Source of the DNA: Leptospiraceae bacterium
GTDB taxonomy: Bacteria > Spirochaetota > Leptospiria > Leptospirales > Leptonemataceae
Assembly (NCBI GenBank): GCA_040217195.1
Contig: JAVJNR010000009.1
Span: forward strand, 32,001 to 96,000
Direction: 5' to 3'
Length of the DNA stretch: 64,000 nt
Shown here in pieces: positions 58,617 through 64,000 of the stretch (the first letter of the stretch is position 1; each line of letters begins with the position of its first letter). A program made the translations under genes and the position numbers. Below the pieces are notes generated by a model. It ran no database searches. It had not been told where the DNA came from and saw only the letters and a list, made by a program, of their open reading frames with translations.

Positions 58617-59153
58617 CTACTTCAAAACACTGCCATCCGGTTGCACCAGAAAATGAAATGAGTCCTGAGCTGTAGGTAAGATAACTCCCGTTATCGACTG
58701 ACCTTCCCGAAGGGATGCGTAGAGCGATTCAGAGATCAAAATTTCCCTTTCAACATTTTCCGGCTCTATACTTTCTAGAATGCCTGAATCGTCAAATTTG
58801 CCGGACTCATTGGTTTGGAAACGAATCCAGTAGGTAATTTCAGGCTCCATAATACCGGTGGTCTTTTTGACAACCTGCTTCTTTCGAATCTTTTCCAGCA
58901 CAGTACCCTTATGGAATTCCGCGGGCTGCCCCGGTTTGACGCCAGAACTCTTCAAAACCATAAATCCAATAAAACCACAGAAAAAAAGCAGTACAACACC
59001 TCCCAGTTTTACCTTTAAGGGCGCCCAGATGATCAGTGCAATTCCGGCCAGGGCGAAAAGGCCCACCATAACATAGACCCAGATGGGAGGTCCGGACGAA
59101 AAATTCGCAAGAACCGGGCTTACTTCAGATTTATAGATGGCATCCCATTGCAT
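58617..59153 (-). CDS. hypothetical protein with two N-terminal TMs
   Basis: Hydrophobic hairpin followed by a beta-rich domain; start uncertain. Confidence 0.6.
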   Translation of the reverse strand: MQWDAIYKSEVSPVLANFSSGPPIWVYVMVGLFALAGIALIIWAPLKVKLGGVVLLFFCGFIGFMVLKSSGVKPGQPAEFHKGTVLEKIRKKQVVKKTTGIMEPEITYWIRFQTNESGKFDDSGILESIEPENVEREILISESLYASLREGQSITGVILPTAQDSFHFLVQPDGSVLK

Positions 59154-59385
59154 GCAGGATGGTGCGTTGCAGGCCATTCTGGCGCAAGTGAATTTCCCAT
59201 CTAATTAAATGTGAATAGTTGGCAATAGCTGCTTATGGCGTGGCGGGCTGCAATCATGCAATTAAAGCCAGCATTGCCCGGTTTAGGCTACTGCAAACCG
59301 TATGCAAGGAACGCCGTACACCGAACTCCGCCTGGTGCCGCAGCCAGATGCCAGGATTAAGGTGCTTTCTTGCTTTAGCACGGAG

Positions 59386-60735
59386 TCAGGTAGTTTGCGC
59401 GCGGAGGGTTTCCAGTTTCGCACGCATGATTGGTCCTGGCACTCTTCCCTGGTCGTCCTGACAGTGGATCGCTTTAATACGATCCACAAAATACATATCA
59501 ATGCTTCCTTTATTTTTAGCCGGAACGGACCCACGAAAAGTGCAATCAAAGTAATCCTTCACCAGATCATAGGTGCCAGATGTAATGTTGATCCGACCTA
59601 CTTCGCCGGAGGACTCGGCACGACTGGCGGTATTTACGGTATCACCCCATACATCGTAGGAGAACTTTTTTTCGCCGATAACCCCTGCCACCAGAGGTCC
59701 AGAATGGATGCCCAGACGAAGCTGCCAGTACGGTAGTCCTTGCTTCTCGCGAATGACTTTCATTTCTTGCATGAAGGATTGAATTTCCAGAGCGGCCAGA
59801 CAGCAGTCCAGGGCATGGCTTTGATTTTGAACTGGCACCCCGCCAGCGCACATAAAGGAATCGCCAATGGTCTTCAATTTTTCCAGGTTATTGCGAGAGA
59901 CCACAGCATCAAAGTAGCTGAAGCATTGATCCAGCTCGCCCACCAGCTCCTCCGGCGAAAGCGCTTCTGCAATGGCTGTAAATCCCTTGAAATCGGTGAA
60001 GAGCACCGAGGCGGATTCGAATCCAACTGGTTTGACCTGATTTCGCGCTTTAAGCTCTTCGGCAATTTCAGCCGGGAGTATGTTAAGAAGCAGCTTATCA
60101 GATTTCTTCTTTTCTTCGGCCACGTCTCGTGCTGCTTTGCCGGCCCTTCTGCGAAGCTCAGCAATCCGATCAGTACGGCTCTGCTCTATCCTGGATCGTG
60201 TCAGAATAGCGATACCGCAGAGCGACGTCATTACACTGAGCCAGACACGGTCCAGCATATCCGGTTTTTCTTCCAGCCCGGCGAATTGCACGGTGATCAA
60301 GTAAGTGGGAATGAAAGAAAATACAATCAGGGCCAGCCGGAACCTACCCATAACACCCACAAAGGGAGTCACTCCACCTACAATCATAAGAGCGGCGAAC
60401 CCGGCGGGACCACCGGTTCGAATCACAGAAAATGTGATAGAAATACTCATAATAAATGCGGCAGCGAAGGCATACCAGCTCCATTTCTCCAGGCTAATGC
60501 GCCCGGAAAACAGTCGAAAATTGGAAATCGGAATGATCAGAAATGGAGTAAACACTGGAATCATCGTTTCGATCCAGGTGAACCGATGGGCCGATGGATG
60601 ATCGAACCAGTGAAGACTCAACTTATAGAGGATTACCATCGCCGGACCCACAGTGTATTGGAGCGTGAATGAGCTGGTGAGTGTTTTCTTTAGCGGACTC
60701 ATGGGAGAAACGAAAGGCTGAGGACGCATCTCCAC
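59386..60735 (-). CDS. membrane class III adenylate cyclase
   Basis: LLNILP, LFTDFKGFT, EKLKTIGDS, SYDVWGDTVNTASR (Lys/Asp ATP-specifying pair). Confidence 0.92.
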   Translation of the reverse strand: MEMRPQPFVSPMSPLKKTLTSSFTLQYTVGPAMVILYKLSLHWFDHPSAHRFTWIETMIPVFTPFLIIPISNFRLFSGRISLEKWSWYAFAAAFIMSISITFSVIRTGGPAGFAALMIVGGVTPFVGVMGRFRLALIVFSFIPTYLITVQFAGLEEKPDMLDRVWLSVMTSLCGIAILTRSRIEQSRTDRIAELRRRAGKAARDVAEEKKKSDKLLLNILPAEIAEELKARNQVKPVGFESASVLFTDFKGFTAIAEALSPEELVGELDQCFSYFDAVVSRNNLEKLKTIGDSFMCAGGVPVQNQSHALDCCLAALEIQSFMQEMKVIREKQGLPYWQLRLGIHSGPLVAGVIGEKKFSYDVWGDTVNTASRAESSGEVGRINITSGTYDLVKDYFDCTFRGSVPAKNKGSIDMYFVDRIKAIHCQDDQGRVPGPIMRAKLETLRAQTT

Positions 60736-61039
60736 ATGAAGTAGAGGCCCCGGCTACCTATTCGGAAATTGCCCCGTGTGGGCGGGCCTGGTCAAGCCTG
60801 ATTCAGTCAACGGAGGCATGGCTGCGGTGATTGCCCGGGCGGTGCGGGGCGCTGCGGCGCACCCCGATTTTCTAAAGTTCGGATAGCCTGGCCGAGTCTG
60901 GCAATCCCAGTATTCAGTACTTTCGCATTACCTGAGCGCCCCGAACCGTTTCGCATCCCCCCGAACAGGGGGTTTCGGAAGGCAGAAACTGTAATTCTGT
61001 TGCTGCCGGCATTGCAGCACATCATACTGCCGGCCCGTT

Positions 61040-64000
61040 ATGGAATGCCGGATCTTTTCACTTCGAAGCCACCGTTGCCGACGCTGGGTTCTAACGCTAT
61101 TTGTGTTTTCGCTCTTAGCCGGTTGTTCTCAAGTTGAGCAAGCACCCCGTTCTGTCCAAAAGGGGATCCTGGAAATTAAAGAAAACCGGCTGGACACAGA
61201 CGTTCTGGACCTAAATGGAGAATGGCATTTCCAGTCCGAATTTCTGGCTCCAGAGAAATGGAAAGAACGATTGCCTACCATCGGGGTTTCAGAATCCGAA
61301 GGACGTAATCTGCGATCTATCGAAGGCTCATGGACAATGGCCACCGAACTGGATCCTGCATTACCATCGGATGGACGTGCAAGCTATGCTCTGAAATGGC
61401 TTCTATCGGATCCAGAGAGCTACAACGATCTGGCCCTGAAAATTCCAACCATTAACACTTCGTATCAGCTTTTTCTGAACGGACAACTGCTGCTAGAGAT
61501 GGGAGATATTCAGTCCCGATCCAGAACTCTTACAGATGCGATGAGACCCAGGATCGTTCGAATCCCCGGTGAAATCCTGGAAAAAGAAAATGAAATCCTG
61601 ATAAACGTAGCCAACTACGGACACAGACAGGCCGGGCTCTGGTCCGCTCCCAGGCTGGGCAATGAAAGTTATCTGCGAAACCAGGATGAAAGATCCGTGG
61701 CCATGGGGCTGTTTCTGGCCGGTGGACTGGTTCTGATTGGTCTGTATCATCTGGGCCTATTCCTTACTCGAAGAAGCGAAAGTGCTCCTCTGTATTTCGC
61801 GCTTTACTGTATTCTGGTAGCACTCTGGGCCGCCCAGAGCGGGGAAAAGCTACTGGCCCGTCTTATTTCAGGCCTGGATGGTGAAACGGCACTTCGACTG
61901 GAATATATTTGTCTGTACCTTTCCGTGGCCTCCTTTCTCATGTTCGCCCGCCGATTGTATCGGGAGGATATGCCCCGCTGGCCGGCAAGATTTGTAGGAG
62001 CATTCGCACTTCTAAGTTCAGTCTCTGGTTTAGTTCTACCATTAAGGCAATTTGTCTGGACTCTCCCACCCATGCAGATCGCCGCTCTGGCAGCTGTAGC
62101 AATCTGTACTTTCTGGACTGTTCAGATTCTTCGAAGGAAAAGACTGGGAGCCAGACCGGTGGCTTTTTCGCTGGCGATCCTGGCGCTAACAGTAACCAAC
62201 GATGTACTGGTAGCTATGTCCATACTTCCTGGGATCTACCTGGCCCAGTACGGACTAATGATATTCATTGTAGGCCAATCGTTCGCCCTTTCCACACGTC
62301 TTTCCAATGCATTCAATGAACTGGAAGATCTATCCCGGGATCTGGAAACCAGAGTGGATCAGCGAACCGGCGAACTGGATGCATTGAATGAGCTTACACG
62401 ATCCGTAAACGAAAGCCAGGACCTGGGATTCATTGTAAGCCGTACATCGGACTTCATGGTGAAGCGTCTGGGTATGCGACGGATGTTTCTATTTATGATC
62501 CATACGCAGGACAACACCCTTCGTGGCAACGGAGGACAGATTGGAGATCTTCCAGAAGAAGACCGACAATTCTTCGAAGATCTTCGCACACCCATTGAGC
62601 CCGATCTGGGCACACTGTATCGCACCATTCAAAGAAAGAAGACACTATACCTTGATTTCAGCCGGGTACGTCCGCCGGAATCGATGATCGACCGTCGGGT
62701 GGTGGAACGGCTAAAGATGACCTCGGTGGTACAGATACCGGCCATGGTGGATGGCAAAGTGCTGGGAGTGGCCACCATAGATCCAGGAAGCAAGAAACTG
62801 AACCGACACGATTTGTCGCGCCTGGAGGCTGTAGTGGCGCAGATCTCTGGTGCCGTTCAAAAGCAATTTCTGCTTCAGGCCGTAGAAGAAGAAAACCAGG
62901 AGGTTAAAGAGTCCAAAGCCCTGGCGGATAAAGAACAGAAAAACAGCGAAATCCTGGCCGAACTGTCCCGGGTAGCCATTGAAAGCAAGGACATCGACTC
63001 CATTCTCATCGCCATGCAGAAACCGGTGACTGAGCTTGTAGGTCCACACGGAATCACCATCTATTTGCCGGACCCGGAAGCCACACTGTTAAGCGCCCGT
63101 TCCGTCATCCATACCGGCACTCTGGTTTCGCCGGAGGATCTACCGAACAGCATACGCTATGTTGCTCTGAAGCCTGAAAGCGGTACTCTACACCGATGCT
63201 TCTCCCGGGCAAAAACAATGTATCTACCGCGAATATCAAAAGCCTTTCTGGAAACCTCGCCGGTGGACCTGGCCATCCAAAGCCACTATCAGCTTACCTG
63301 GTGCTATCATATACCCCTGGTTGTAAACGATCGAGTGATTGGCATCGCATCTCTGGCGGGTCAGCAGCCGTCTTCTCTGGGTTTTCAGGACAAGCTATAT
63401 CTGGAAAGGATGATCGCCCAGGTGGCCGGCGCCATTCAAATGCAGGAGTTACTGCATACCATCGAACTGGAAAAGGAAACAGCCCATTTACTACAACGGG
63501 AATCCACGGCCCTGGCTGATTTTACCAGGTTGCTGAATCAAAGAGCGGATCTAAACTCCATTGTAGAAGAGGTGTGTCGCTACGCCGTGCAGTCCCTGGG
63601 ACTCCGGGGCGCCTTTATCGCTATAGTAGATGATGTAGAACATGAATTCCAGAGCATTGGCGGATCTGGTATAGATTACACCTATCAGCAGGAGATATTC
63701 GTCCGGGGATCCAGGGTATCCATAAATGCAGATGCTGGTCTGTACTTCAGTGTCTATCAACGAAAGAAGTCATTGTATCTTCCTCGAATTCCTTCCGGTC
63801 AGGGCCCGTTCAATGCTATGCTTGCGGATTTATTTGAGCTACAAAGCTTTGCGTTGATTCCTCTGCTTCTGGAAGACAGGGTAATTGGACTCATGGCAGT
63901 GGATCCCGGAAAACGGAAGCTTTCCAGGCAGGATCTGAAGCGACTGGAAACCTATGCTGATCATGTGGCAGGGGCCATAAACAATGCCAGTCTGTTCCAA
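61040..64000 (+). CDS. 7TM-DISM sensor with at least three tandem GAF domains (3' truncated; absent from ORF track)
   Basis: Manual translation MECRIFS..LLAGC..DLNGEWHF, TM block, LETRVDQRTGEL, GAF ends VVAQISGAV, MIAQVAGAI, HVAGAINNA in the same frame; spot-checked, consistent with no stop before the edge. Confidence 0.88.
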   Translation, partial: MECRIFSLRSHRCRRWVLTLFVFSLLAGCSQVEQAPRSVQKGILEIKENRLDTDVLDLNGEWHFQSEFLAPEKWKERLPTIGVSESEGRNLRSIEGSWTMATELDPALPSDGRASYALKWLLSDPESYNDLALKIPTINTSYQLFLNGQLLLEMGDIQSRSRTLTDAMRPRIVRIPGEILEKENEILINVANYGHRQAGLWSAPRLGNESYLRNQDERSVAMGLFLAGGLVLIGLYHLGLFLTRRSESAPLYFALYCILVALWAAQSGEKLLARLISGLDGETALRLEYICLYLSVASFLMFARRLYREDMPRWPARFVGAFALLSSVSGLVLPLRQFVWTLPPMQIAALAAVAICTFWTVQILRRKRLGARPVAFSLAILALTVTNDVLVAMSILPGIYLAQYGLMIFIVGQSFALSTRLSNAFNELEDLSRDLETRVDQRTGELDALNELTRSVNESQDLGFIVSRTSDFMVKRLGMRRMFLFMIHTQDNTLRGNGGQIGDLPEEDRQFFEDLRTPIEPDLGTLYRTIQRKKTLYLDFSRVRPPESMIDRRVVERLKMTSVVQIPAMVDGKVLGVATIDPGSKKLNRHDLSRLEAVVAQISGAVQKQFLLQAVEEENQEVKESKALADKEQKNSEILAELSRVAIESKDIDSILIAMQKPVTELVGPHGITIYLPDPEATLLSARSVIHTGTLVSPEDLPNSIRYVALKPESGTLHRCFSRAKTMYLPRISKAFLETSPVDLAIQSHYQLTWCYHIPLVVNDRVIGIASLAGQQPSSLGFQDKLYLERMIAQVAGAIQMQELLHTIELEKETAHLLQRESTALADFTRLLNQRADLNSIVEEVCRYAVQSLGLRGAFIAIVDDVEHEFQSIGGSGIDYTYQQEIFVRGSRVSINADAGLYFSVYQRKKSLYLPRIPSGQGPFNAMLADLFELQSFALIPLLLEDRVIGLMAVDPGKRKLSRQDLKRLETYADHVAGAINNASLFQ

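Noticed and set aside
59221..59278. Imperfect hairpin GGCAAT..GCTG / CAGC..ATTGCC as a riboswitch
   Set aside because: No known aptamer motif or expression platform recognisable
59740..60672. 310-aa plus-strand ORF
   Set aside because: Entirely antisense to the adenylate cyclase; no recognisable motifs
61129..63760. Many short ORFs on both strands suggesting a decayed region
   Set aside because: Explained by one long + strand ORF from 61040 that lacks a stop inside the window

Overview
A gene-dense chromosomal window of roughly 50% GC. The family content (many spirochaete-type lipoproteins, an LA_0442-like N-terminal-domain protein, an 8-Cys secreted protein, 7TM-DISM signalling proteins) suggests a free-living Leptospiraceae/Leptonema-like spirochaete; this is inference. 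No rRNA, tRNA, CRISPR array or transposase was seen. Content: hydrolases/peptidases, lipoprotein/OMP operons, three MCPs, three histidine kinases, two class III nucleotidyl cyclases, a cNMP-binding MBL-fold phosphodiesterase-like protein, an EcoRII-like restriction-modification pair, bfd-bfr with a Fur-like box, an ArnT/8-Cys/GtrA operon, serC, a complete six-gene ebo cluster, and a 7TM-DISM multi-GAF ORF (61040 to the edge) missing from the ORF track. Most notable: (1) a ~620-bp array at 38884-39501 (3x102 + 2x156 bp) built from consecutive hairpins, whose minus strand shows eight GGA-loop hairpins like CsrB/RsmZ and is also an open 239-codon frame leading into the arginyl/leucyl-transferase gene; (2) a fused MNIO (DUF692)-DUF2063 RiPP maturase with no canonical precursor but an un-called 24-aa upstream peptide ending MCCSG; (3) the ebo cluster with no evident cargo pathway nearby.
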